Of a stretch of DNA of 64,000 bases, positions 51,857-60,643 are shown piece after piece. How positions within the stretch are numbered: the stretch's first letter is position 1; each line of letters opens with the position of its first letter. The DNA is taken from the NCBI GenBank assembly GCA_963752595.1, contig CAVVYZ010000014.1, forward strand, positions 98,678 to 162,677, in the 5' to 3' direction. The stretch is from an uncultured delta proteobacterium. Lineage in GTDB: Bacteria; Desulfobacterota; Desulfomonilia; UBA1062. The notes beneath the pieces were generated by a model. It saw only the letters and a list, made by a program, of their open reading frames with translations, searched no databases and was not told the DNA's origin. A program made the translations under genes and the position numbers.

Positions 51857-52198
51857 ATGACGAAAGCGCAAGATATTGACATGGATGCTGCTGTTCACAA
51901 GGCAAGCATTCTCAAGGCACTGGCCCACCCGGTGAGGATTCGGCTGTTCGAGGCGCTCTCGGACGGTGAAAAGACAGTCGGGGACCTCGTGCAGCTCACA
52001 GGTGAAAAGGATGCCAACACTTCCCGGCACCTGGCCGTGCTCCGGGCTGCAGGGCTGGTAACGACCAGGAAGGACGGGCTCAATGTTTATTATTCCAATA
52101 AGATGCCCTGTCTCTTACCCATGCTCGCATGTGTGAACCAGGCAGTATGCAGCATTGCCGACGAGCACATGAAGGTGGCTGCATGCATCCGCACATGA
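51857..52198 (+). CDS. arsR: ArsR/SmtB transcriptional repressor
   Basis: KALAHPVRIRL, SRHLAVLRAAGLV, cysteines only in the C-terminal part. Confidence 0.9.
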   Translation: MTKAQDIDMDAAVHKASILKALAHPVRIRLFEALSDGEKTVGDLVQLTGEKDANTSRHLAVLRAAGLVTTRKDGLNVYYSNKMPCLLPMLACVNQAVCSIADEHMKVAACIRT

Positions 52199-52293
52199 CC
52201 TTGCGATGAAGAGAGGATCGGGAACATATACACCACAAGGCTTTCCGCCCTGTACAGCAAGCTGAAGAGCTGAATATCGAACGGAGGTAAAAC

Positions 52294-53349
52294 GTGAGCG
52301 CCATACTGCCAAAACCCGGGATCATGAAGCGGCTGTCGTTCCTCGACAGGTATCTGACACTCTGGATCTTCCTTGCCATGGCCTTCGGGGTGATGCTGGG
52401 ATATCTCGTTCCCGGCACAGCCGGGTTCTGGAACCGGTTCAGCGTGGGAACCACCAACATCCCCATCGCCATCGGCCTTATTCTCATGATGTACCCGCCG
52501 CTGGCCAAGGTGAAGTATGAGGAAATGGGCCCGGTCTTCAGGAACTTCAAGGTCCTGGGGCTTTCGCTCATCCAGAACTGGATCGTCGGGCCGATCCTCA
52601 TGTTCGGGCTTGCCGTGGCCTTTCTTTACGACAAGCCGGAATACATGGTCGGGCTCATCATGATCGGCCTTGCACGGTGCATCGCCATGGTCATCGTCTG
52701 GAACGACCTTGCCGAAGGAGACTGTGAATATTGCGCGGGCCTCGTGGCCTTCAACTCCATATTCCAGGTCCTGTTCTATTCGGTCTATGCCTATATCTTC
52801 ATCACCCTCGTACCGACGTGGTTCGGCCTGGAAGGTGTAACGGTCAATATCACCATCTCCCAGATCGCCAAGAGCGTGTTCATCTATCTGGGCATCCCGT
52901 TCATCGCAGGCGTTATCACCCGGTATGCGCTCATCATTGCAAAAGGCAAAGAGTGGTACCAGGAAAAGTTCATTCCAAAGATCAGCCCGATCACGCTCGT
53001 GGCACTGATCTTCACCATCGTGGTCATGTTCTCGCTCAAGGGCGAGTACATCATACAGCTCCCGTTCGATGTTTTGAGGATTGCAATCCCGCTGCTCATC
53101 TACTTCGTTCTGATGTTCACGATCTCGTTCTTCATGAGCAAGAAGGTCGGCGCAAACTATGGGCAGGCAGCAACGTTGAGCTTTACCGCGGCCTCCAACA
53201 ACTTCGAACTGGCCATCGCAGTAGCCATCGCCACCTTCGGCATCAACAGCGGAGCGGCGTTCGCGGCTGTCATCGGACCCCTCGTCGAGGTACCGGTTCT
53301 CATAAGCCTGGTCAACCTCTCGCTCTACTTCAGGAGGAGATACTTTTAA
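52294..53349 (+). CDS. acr3: Arsenite efflux transporter Acr3
   Basis: [42 protein letters not shown]. Confidence 0.96.
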   Translation: MSAILPKPGIMKRLSFLDRYLTLWIFLAMAFGVMLGYLVPGTAGFWNRFSVGTTNIPIAIGLILMMYPPLAKVKYEEMGPVFRNFKVLGLSLIQNWIVGPILMFGLAVAFLYDKPEYMVGLIMIGLARCIAMVIVWNDLAEGDCEYCAGLVAFNSIFQVLFYSVYAYIFITLVPTWFGLEGVTVNITISQIAKSVFIYLGIPFIAGVITRYALIIAKGKEWYQEKFIPKISPITLVALIFTIVVMFSLKGEYIIQLPFDVLRIAIPLLIYFVLMFTISFFMSKKVGANYGQAATLSFTAASNNFELAIAVAIATFGINSGAAFAAVIGPLVEVPVLISLVNLSLYFRRRYF

Positions 53350-53422
53350 TCATGAAGACTATAGGAGTACCGAAAGCGAACTACCTCATGCCCATGCAAT
53401 CACAATTAGGGAGAATACGTTC

Positions 53423-53935
53423 ATGAATCAGAAAAGAATAATAACCGCCGTGCTGCTTGCATTCGTGATAGCAAGCATTGCCTTTCTCGCATTCAAGGAG
53501 TTCCGGACAGGGACGCCGAGCGGGTTGTCCGATGCCGTTGCCATGGAAAAGAAAACCGGCAGCGCAGAAGCCGCCGGGAAGGCGCAGCAGCAGAAGGGGC
53601 ACCAGGTCATCGCCTATTATTTCCACACCACCTTCCGCTGTACCACCTGCTACAGGATCGAGCAGCTCACCAATGAAGCGATCCGGGCAGGCTTTCCCGA
53701 TGAGCTGAAAAATGGCAGCCTTCAGTGGAAGATAGTCAATGTGGAGGATGCTGGCAACGATCATTTCATCAAGGATTATCAGCTGTTTACAAAATCGGTT
53801 GTGCTCGTGGACATGAAAGACGGCGCAGAGGTCCGGTGGAAGAACCTGAAAGATGTCTGGAAGTTCGTGGACAAAAAAGATGCCTTCACGAAATATATCC
53901 AGGACGAGACCCGCTCCTTTCTCGGGAAGAGCTGA
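53423..53935 (+). CDS. ArsF-family periplasmic thioredoxin-fold protein
   Basis: N-terminal TM, YYFHTTFRCTTCYRIE, WKNL..VW. Confidence 0.75.
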   Translation: MNQKRIITAVLLAFVIASIAFLAFKEFRTGTPSGLSDAVAMEKKTGSAEAAGKAQQQKGHQVIAYYFHTTFRCTTCYRIEQLTNEAIRAGFPDELKNGSLQWKIVNVEDAGNDHFIKDYQLFTKSVVLVDMKDGAEVRWKNLKDVWKFVDKKDAFTKYIQDETRSFLGKS

Positions 53936-53938
53936 AGC

Positions 53939-54622
53939 ATGATCCTTCTGGCATTTGTATCAGCTTTCTGGCTCGGCATACTGACCTCGGTCAGCCCGTG
54001 CCCCCTTGCCACGAATGTCGCTGCGATATCGTACATTGCCCGCCATGTGGGCAGCCCGGGGAAAGTCGTTCTGCATGGGATATCCTATACGATCGGGAGA
54101 ACGCTCACCTACCTGGGTTTGAGCATCGCCCTCATCGCAGGCATTTCATCGATGCCGGAAGTGTCCAATTTTCTTCAAATGTACATGAACAGGATCATCG
54201 GTCCGTTTTTGATCCTGACGGGTATGGTGCTGCTCGAGCTGATACGCTTTGAAATACCGTCAATGGCAGGCACGCAGAGGCTCAAATCGCTCGCAGAAAG
54301 GAAGGGCCTCTGGAGCACCTGCCTCCTGGGCATGCTCTTCGCCCTCTCGCTGTGCCCTGTGGCCGCAGCACTTTTCTTCGGAGGACTGATCCCCCTGGCG
54401 GTCAAGCACGGTTCCTCGTTCGTCATGCCTTCTCTCTACGGCATCGGAACCGCCCTGCCGGTAGCGGGGTTTGCCCTGGTTGTTGCGTTCTGGGCAGGTC
54501 GGATCGGAAAGATCTTCGACCGGATCAAACGGATAGAAAAAGCGGCACAGGTTATAACCGGAATGATTTTCATCTCGGTAGGCATATATTACAGTCTGGC
54601 CTACATTTTCGAGGTTCTCTAG
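53939..54622 (+). CDS. ArsG-family permease (DsbD/CcdA-like TM domain)
   Basis: LTSVSPCPLATNVAAISYI, FALSLCPVAAALFFG, YGIGTALPV. Confidence 0.78.
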   Translation: MILLAFVSAFWLGILTSVSPCPLATNVAAISYIARHVGSPGKVVLHGISYTIGRTLTYLGLSIALIAGISSMPEVSNFLQMYMNRIIGPFLILTGMVLLELIRFEIPSMAGTQRLKSLAERKGLWSTCLLGMLFALSLCPVAAALFFGGLIPLAVKHGSSFVMPSLYGIGTALPVAGFALVVAFWAGRIGKIFDRIKRIEKAAQVITGMIFISVGIYYSLAYIFEVL

Positions 54623-54658
54623 AAAGACGCTTAAAATCAAAAGAAAGAGGTAATGATT

Positions 54659-54910
54659 ATGGCACACATGACGATCAAGGTACTCGGCCCGGGATGCATG
54701 AACTGCAAGAAGCTGCTCGAAGCGACGCAGCAGGCTGTCAAGGAACTGAACGCCGATGCACAGGTGGAGTATGTCACGGACATGCAGGACATCGTGAAGT
54801 ATATCATGACGACACCCGGCCTGGTGATAGACGAAGAGGTCGTCCACCAGGGCAGGCCCCTGCCGGACGCGAAGAAAGTGAAGTCGCTCATCGAAAGCCA
54901 TATGAAGTGA
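54659..54910 (+). CDS. Small redox-active disulfide protein (thioredoxin-like, MTH895 type)
   Basis: IKVLGPGCMNCKKL...MTTPGLVIDE. Confidence 0.9.
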   Translation: MAHMTIKVLGPGCMNCKKLLEATQQAVKELNADAQVEYVTDMQDIVKYIMTTPGLVIDEEVVHQGRPLPDAKKVKSLIESHMK

Positions 54911-54962
54911 ATAGCAGCAAGGCAGGGAAAATCGGTTTATCCGCCGGCATGAGGTACGTACA

Positions 54963-56036
54963 ATGAATACCATGGAACAGAGCAATGGAATCCTAAACGA
55001 TATGAAGCCGCAGAAATCTCCGGTTACGGGACTGATGGCAAAACTTGTCCTCCTGGGGGCGGCCTGGTGGCTGGTGTACCTTCTGCTCAAGCCTTTTTCA
55101 GACTGGCTGACGTATTCGGCGCTCGGCCTGTCCCGTTCCGGCCGGCTCGGCAGCGCAGTGGCGTTTTTCCTGTACGATGCTCCCAAGGTCCTGATGCTGC
55201 TCGTTGGTATCGTGTTCCTGGTGGGCATCATCAATACGTTCTTTACGCCCGAGCGGACCCGCAGGCTTCTCGCAGGAAAGAGCGAGTTCATCGGCAATGT
55301 GCTGGGGGCAAACCTCGGGATCGTCACCCCCTTCTGCTCCTGCTCCGCAGTTCCGCTTTTCATCGGGTTCGTCCAGGCAGGCGTCCCGCTCGGCGTCACT
55401 TTGTCGTTCCTCATCGCGGCACCCATGATCAACGAGGTTGCGCTCGTGCTCCTTTTCGGCATGTTCGGCTGGAAGGTGGCGTTCATGTATGTGGCCACAG
55501 GTCTTGTCATAGCCATGTCCGCAGGCTGGATCATCGGCAGGATGAAGCTGGAGAGGTATGTGGAAGACTGGGTCTACAAGCTCCAGGTCATGCAGGGGAA
55601 CATGGAACTGCAGGGAATGACATGGAGAGACCGGATCGAGGCCGGAAGGCTTTCGGTCATCGATGTCGTAGGAAGGGTCTGGCCCTATGTACTGGGAGGC
55701 ATAGCGGTGGGGGCATTGATACACGGGTACGTCCCGGAAGGGTTCATGGCTTCCTTTATGGGTAAGGAAGCCTGGTGGGCAGTTCCTGTGGCGGTCCTCC
55801 TGGGAGTGCCGATGTACTCCAACGCAGCAGGGATCATCCCGATTGTCCATGCCCTGCTGGAAAAAGGCGCTGCCCTGGGTACGGTTCTGGCTTTCATGAT
55901 GGCGGTCATCGGGCTGTCGCTGCCGGAGACGATCATCCTTCGGAAGGTGCTGAAGATACAGCTCATCACTGTCTTCATCTGCGTCGTCGCATTCGGAATC
56001 GTCACCGTGGGGTATCTGTTCAACTATATTTTCTAA
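54963..56036 (+). CDS. arsP: ArsP (DUF318) permease
   Basis: TPFCSCSAVP, FLIAAPMINE, GVPMYSN, LSLPE. Confidence 0.9.
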   Translation: MNTMEQSNGILNDMKPQKSPVTGLMAKLVLLGAAWWLVYLLLKPFSDWLTYSALGLSRSGRLGSAVAFFLYDAPKVLMLLVGIVFLVGIINTFFTPERTRRLLAGKSEFIGNVLGANLGIVTPFCSCSAVPLFIGFVQAGVPLGVTLSFLIAAPMINEVALVLLFGMFGWKVAFMYVATGLVIAMSAGWIIGRMKLERYVEDWVYKLQVMQGNMELQGMTWRDRIEAGRLSVIDVVGRVWPYVLGGIAVGALIHGYVPEGFMASFMGKEAWWAVPVAVLLGVPMYSNAAGIIPIVHALLEKGAALGTVLAFMMAVIGLSLPETIILRKVLKIQLITVFICVVAFGIVTVGYLFNYIF

Positions 56037-56096
56037 AAAGGGCACATTGCTTTAATTCTGGTCATGTGTACCCGGATAAGGATATAGGGAGTCCAT

Positions 56097-56606
56097 ATGG
56101 CAGTAAGCAGGGTAGTGATCGGAGGGAACACCGTGGGCATCGTCGACCTGGAGGAGATATTCCAGGAAGTCAAGGCGTCAGGACAGAAGGACAGCGAGTT
56201 TCTGAAGGGCGTGATCATGGACAAGGTCAAGGTCAAAAACTACATCCCCTTGCAACTGGAGCCGACCTACCGGGAAGACCTCTACGAGGAGTTCCTCGTG
56301 TATACGGGCGAGCTGCCCGGACGGCGGCAGGCAAGCTCAGTCATGGAGATCCGTCTCTATGGTGCTTCCTGCTCCCGCTGCGAACAGCTCGATTCCATGG
56401 TGAAAGATATCCTCTCCCGGCAGGGCCTTCGGGTTGACTACCAGTATATCACGGACATGAGGGAGACAGCCCGGGCAGGGATCATCACAACCCCCGCGCT
56501 CGTCGTAGCCGGGAAAGTGGTTCTTTCGGGACAGGTGCCGGCAGAGAAGCATCTGGAAAGCATCTTCCTGAAGGCAATAGGCACTGCAGAAGGAGGCGAG
56601 AAGTAA
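56097..56606 (+). CDS. Two-domain protein: uncharacterised N-domain plus thioredoxin-like CxxC domain
   Basis: VGIVDLEEIF...NYIP...LYEEF then IRLYGASCSRC...TTPALVVAG. Confidence 0.8.
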   Translation: MAVSRVVIGGNTVGIVDLEEIFQEVKASGQKDSEFLKGVIMDKVKVKNYIPLQLEPTYREDLYEEFLVYTGELPGRRQASSVMEIRLYGASCSRCEQLDSMVKDILSRQGLRVDYQYITDMRETARAGIITTPALVVAGKVVLSGQVPAEKHLESIFLKAIGTAEGGEK

Positions 56607-56634
56607 TCTACTTTTGCGAGGCTATGCATTTACC

Positions 56635-57330
56635 ATGAGCAGATATGGGAGCTATAAGAAAGAGATGCTCGAAGCGAGCCTCTGGCTTTCCGAGCATGGA
56701 TATTTCGGGTCGCAGAGGGGCTCTGGAGGCAATGTCTCGGTGCGGATCGACGGGGAAGCTTCCATGGCCGTCACCCCTTCGTCGGCACGATACCAGGATC
56801 TTTCCGCCGGCGATATGTTCATCGTCGGTTTCGATCTCTCCGTAATCGAGGGTAACGAGAAACTGAAGCCCTCAGTGGAATCCGGGATGCACAGCGTCAT
56901 TTACCGGATGCGGCCCGATGTGAACGCCGTGGTTCACACCCACCAGGCCTACGGCAGCGTTTTTGCCATCATCAATGAGCCTGTCCCTGCCCTCTTCGAC
57001 GAAGCCGCTTTTCCGCTGGGGCATCTGGTGGAGATTGTCCCCTACGCCCTTTCGGGCAGCACGGACCTCGTGCATAACGTGGAAGAAAAGCTGTCCAACA
57101 ATGCCAATGCATACATCCTGCAGAACCACGGAATCCTGGCCCTGGGCAGAACCCTCGACAAGGCAATCCTCAACGCAGAGCTCCTGGAAAAGGTCGCCCG
57201 GATCTACTGCCTGGCCTTATCAACCGGCAGGCAGGTTCACACCCTCCCGGATCCGGTCATCGAGATGGTCAGGGCATTGAAAAACCATGAGGTGAACGAG
57301 GCAATGGAAAAGACAAAGGGCGGTTCGTGA
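56635..57330 (+). CDS. Class II aldolase/adducin family protein (FucA/Ald2-like)
   Basis: GNVSVR, TPSS, KPSVE.GMH, VVHTH, LQNHG. Confidence 0.9.
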   Translation: MSRYGSYKKEMLEASLWLSEHGYFGSQRGSGGNVSVRIDGEASMAVTPSSARYQDLSAGDMFIVGFDLSVIEGNEKLKPSVESGMHSVIYRMRPDVNAVVHTHQAYGSVFAIINEPVPALFDEAAFPLGHLVEIVPYALSGSTDLVHNVEEKLSNNANAYILQNHGILALGRTLDKAILNAELLEKVARIYCLALSTGRQVHTLPDPVIEMVRALKNHEVNEAMEKTKGGS

Positions 57331-57422
57331 TCTGAGGTAGCGTTTTTCGCCTGCACAAGATTTTGTCCTTTGAAAGAGAAGATTTGGGACAAAACCCATA
57401 TGTCAAAGTAATCTTTCATCCT
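57331..57422 (-). pseudogene. Fragment of an AbiEii/AbiGii nucleotidyltransferase toxin
   Basis: RMKDYFDIWVLSQIFSFKGQNLVQAKNAT resembles the conserved RxKDxxD region; no N-terminal part present. Confidence 0.6.
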
Positions 57423-57752
57423 GAACTTTCAGGCTTTCTTCATATTGATATTCAAGGTCGTATGTGGTCTTCCTGATGAGATGATTCTGCAAGACATTGT
57501 TGAATTTATGGAAACCTCTCCCAATGAATTTTCCTATTAAGGAAATGGAGGCGAAGGGTGCCACAACCATCTTCTTGAAGCTTTCAGCAGATGCCTGCAG
57601 CATAAGTGAATCAAGATCCGGCATAGCAGAATACTCATCAGTGATATCCCCGTTTATGCCCTCCCCTGACTCCGTAGTCCTCATTATTCCCTTAGCTTTC
57701 GAACAGATCGAGTTCAAAAAAACCTGGATACCGAAACGAAGTAACTCTTCAT
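57403..57752 (-). CDS. Hypothetical protein (likely frameshifted in a T7 run near 57718)
   Basis: ORF 57403..57717; ATG 57752 with GGGGG RBS joins it if the T7 run is T8. Confidence 0.35.
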
Positions 57753-57971
57753 GAATACCCCCTAGATAAAGTGTAGATTGTTATTTCCTAGAGACAAGAG
57801 ACGATAAATTTCTGAATTATTTACATCTGGGAAAAATCTTCGTTTGCTCGTAATTTTTCAAAGATGAGGCGTCATATATTTCCAGGACTTAACCCCTGAA
57901 AACTATCCATTGAAGGAGGTTGTACTGGGGAGTAATGGCTTCAAGGGGGTCATCGGAATGGATTTAGATCA

Positions 57972-58018
57972 ATTTAGGGACGGGTTCCCATTGCTTAAAC
58001 ATGAACCGGTCCCCAAAT
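57972..58018. repeat. REP-like palindrome downstream of fic
   Basis: ATTTAGGGACGGGTTC-N15-GAACCGGTCCCCAAAT. Confidence 0.5.
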
Positions 58019-58044
58019 AACCAGTTCTGTGGTCAATGGAAGAA

Positions 58045-59169
58045 CTATGATGGCCAGATCAGGTCGTAGCTGACGCTTCTGCCCTTGCCCGGGTTCTGCT
58101 GTATGAGACCGAGTTCGAGGAGCCTTCCCAGCTCACGGAAGGCAGTGGGTTTGCTTACTTTCGCCATGGACGCATACTTCCTTGTGGTAAGGCCCCCTTC
58201 GAAGCCTTCCGGACCTGCCTCGAGAAGCTTGTTGATGACCTTGCGCTGCCTCTCGTTCAGTGATGCCTGGGCATGCATGCGCCAGAAGCTCGCCTTCTTG
58301 ATGACCCCGGAGAGGATCGCCTCAGAGCGGTCGACAGCCCGGGAAAAACACTCCAGGAACCAGACGAGCCACTGTGTAATGTCGCTGCCGCCCTTCTGGC
58401 ACGATTCCAGGATATCGTAATAACTATCCCGCTCCTCCATGATCTGGGAGGAGAGGCTGTAATACCGGTATTTCAGGGAATCGTCCTGTGCAAGAGCCAT
58501 ATCCGTGAGAGCCCGTGCAATGCGCCCGTTACCGTCCTCGAAGGGATGGATAGTCGCGAACCAGAAATGTCCGACCGCGGCACGGACCAGACCTTCCACG
58601 CTGCCCCTGCTCGAGTTCCACCAGGAGAGAAAGAGCAACATCTCCTCATCGATCCTCTCAGCCGGTGGTGCCACGAAGTGTACCCTCTCCCTGCCGACGG
58701 GGCCGGAAACCACCCTCATGGGCTCATCTCCCCGCCATGTACCGACCCTTATCTTGTGCATTCCTGAGTACCCTGTGGGAAACAGCCCGGCATGCCACCC
58801 ATAAAGGCGTTCAGCGCTCAGGGGTTCATGGTGATTCATGGTGGCGTCCATGATCACCGCGACGATGCCGTCGATGTGCCTGTCCACGGGAAGCCCTGCA
58901 GAGGGGAGCCCAAGTTTACGAGCTACAGAGGATCGCACTGAGCCTATGTCGAGCTTCTCCCCCTCAATGGCTGATGTTTTCATGGTTTCCTCAGCCAGTA
59001 CCTCGGCATGGGCCTGAGCATTGAGTGTCAGCCCCAGGTCGATCACCTTTCCCAGGAGCTTCCCCTGCACCAGCCGGCATTTCCCGACGAGATTGAGAAT
59101 CTCGTCGCTTCTCCAGGTGAAGTGCGTCCAGTTCGGTCTCTGCCAGATATACTGATATGATTTCGCCAT
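58045..59169 (-). CDS. Fic family protein with DUF4172-type N-terminus and C-terminal HTH
   Basis: YIWQRPNW, TSAIEGE, HPFEDGNGRIAR, LTTRKYASMAKVSKPTAFREL. Confidence 0.93.
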   Translation of the reverse strand: MAKSYQYIWQRPNWTHFTWRSDEILNLVGKCRLVQGKLLGKVIDLGLTLNAQAHAEVLAEETMKTSAIEGEKLDIGSVRSSVARKLGLPSAGLPVDRHIDGIVAVIMDATMNHHEPLSAERLYGWHAGLFPTGYSGMHKIRVGTWRGDEPMRVVSGPVGRERVHFVAPPAERIDEEMLLFLSWWNSSRGSVEGLVRAAVGHFWFATIHPFEDGNGRIARALTDMALAQDDSLKYRYYSLSSQIMEERDSYYDILESCQKGGSDITQWLVWFLECFSRAVDRSEAILSGVIKKASFWRMHAQASLNERQRKVINKLLEAGPEGFEGGLTTRKYASMAKVSKPTAFRELGRLLELGLIQQNPGKGRSVSYDLIWPS

Positions 59170-59470
59170 CCAACCGCTTCTCCGTTTGATGTGATTATGT
59201 GCCTTAATCGATTCACATTATGATTTGATTAATCGGCATTATCACATCATATCATGATAAATCAACAGGTTTGCCACAGAGCAGTTCCGGCTGATGGTAG
59301 TGTGATAAAGAAGAGATGAAAAAATAGAGGGTTCAATTTTTAGCAGAAAATTTGAAACACAGCCCTTTCATCTTCGAATAATCCAAATAATGAAGAACAT
59401 CACAACTCTTTAAAGGAAAAGAGGCATTTTATCGATAGTGAGAATGTAGACTTATTAAGACCTTAAGAGA

Positions 59471-60511
59471 TTGACTATTATGATTCTAAAACACATGGAT
59501 TCTAAGGGTAATCAGATTGCTGAACTCGAACGCCTGATAGCTATTGCTCCTGCAGATCGCAAGCCAAAGATAGAGCTAGAGCTACGTTTACTCCGGGCTG
59601 GAATCAAAGCCGAGCAGGATGCCGGTTATTATATTGATTTTGACTTTAAAGCATCACCACGAGTCATGGTTATTCATGATCTCAGACTGGAAGTAAATAA
59701 CCGTGTGGCGCAGATAGACCATCTCCTTATTAACAGGTCCCTCCATGTTTTTGTCCTTGAAACCAAATGCTTTCACGCCAGTGTCAGAATAAACGAGCAG
59801 GGGGAGTTTCTCTTCTGGAATGAGTATAAAAAAGCCCATGAAGGTATACCATCACCGTTTGCCCAAAACGATCGACACATATCCGTCTTAAAAGATGCTT
59901 TCGATCAGATAGAAATGCCGTCCCGTTTGGGCATAAGTCTTTCCCCGACTTTTCAGTCCTTCATTCTTATTGCACCTAACGCTGACATCGTACGCCCACG
60001 ACGTTTTGACACAAGCCGGGTAATCAAGGCAGACATGCTGCTCAAAAATTATGACAAATATTTAGATGAGATAAGCATTCTTGACGTTGTCGGCAGCCTG
60101 TCGCGGCTTGTATCAGAAGAAACCGTTAAAGAAATCGGGCATAAATTAATCTCACTCCATAAGCCTGCTTCTTTTAACTATGCTACAAAGTTCGGACTCT
60201 CAAGAAACACCCGCACGAAGGGACAGCCCGAGGTCATGCAATCACCAACCCAATCCAGCACAAATTGCGCAACTCCATCAGCCTCCAAGCTAAGATGTCG
60301 TAATTGCAACAGTGAAAATATCTCAATCCGGTACGGCAAATTCGGTTATTACTTCAAGTGCCTCTCCTGTGACGGCAACACCCCCATTAATATCACTTGT
60401 GATAAACATGGGCACAAGGAGCGCGTCCATAAAGACGGATGCAAATTCTATCGCGAGTGCACTGTTTGTAAAACATGGTCATTGTTTTTTGTTAACCCGG
60501 CTATATCTTGA
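59471..60511 (+). CDS. NERD-domain nuclease with C-terminal Zn-ribbon
   Basis: IHDLRL, AQIDHLLI, VLETK, SPFAQNDRH; CRNC..GKFGYYFKCLSC, C..H, CTVC. Confidence 0.85.
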   Translation: MTIMILKHMDSKGNQIAELERLIAIAPADRKPKIELELRLLRAGIKAEQDAGYYIDFDFKASPRVMVIHDLRLEVNNRVAQIDHLLINRSLHVFVLETKCFHASVRINEQGEFLFWNEYKKAHEGIPSPFAQNDRHISVLKDAFDQIEMPSRLGISLSPTFQSFILIAPNADIVRPRRFDTSRVIKADMLLKNYDKYLDEISILDVVGSLSRLVSEETVKEIGHKLISLHKPASFNYATKFGLSRNTRTKGQPEVMQSPTQSSTNCATPSASKLRCRNCNSENISIRYGKFGYYFKCLSCDGNTPINITCDKHGHKERVHKDGCKFYRECTVCKTWSLFFVNPAIS

Positions 60512-60643
60512 AAAAGATGTTTTCGACGAATAATTGCATAGGGATTATATTGAGTCACTCAGATCCACATAGCGAATCAGTTGTTTTCTAATGCATGCTG
60601 TCTATTTAAAAGAGTGCCTGAAATAGCTACACCCCTTCCCTAG

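Noticed and set aside
53930-53941. In-frame TGA-AGC-ATG between arsF and arsG as a Sec fusion
   Set aside because: No Cys-like context or SECIS; both proteins look complete as separate family members
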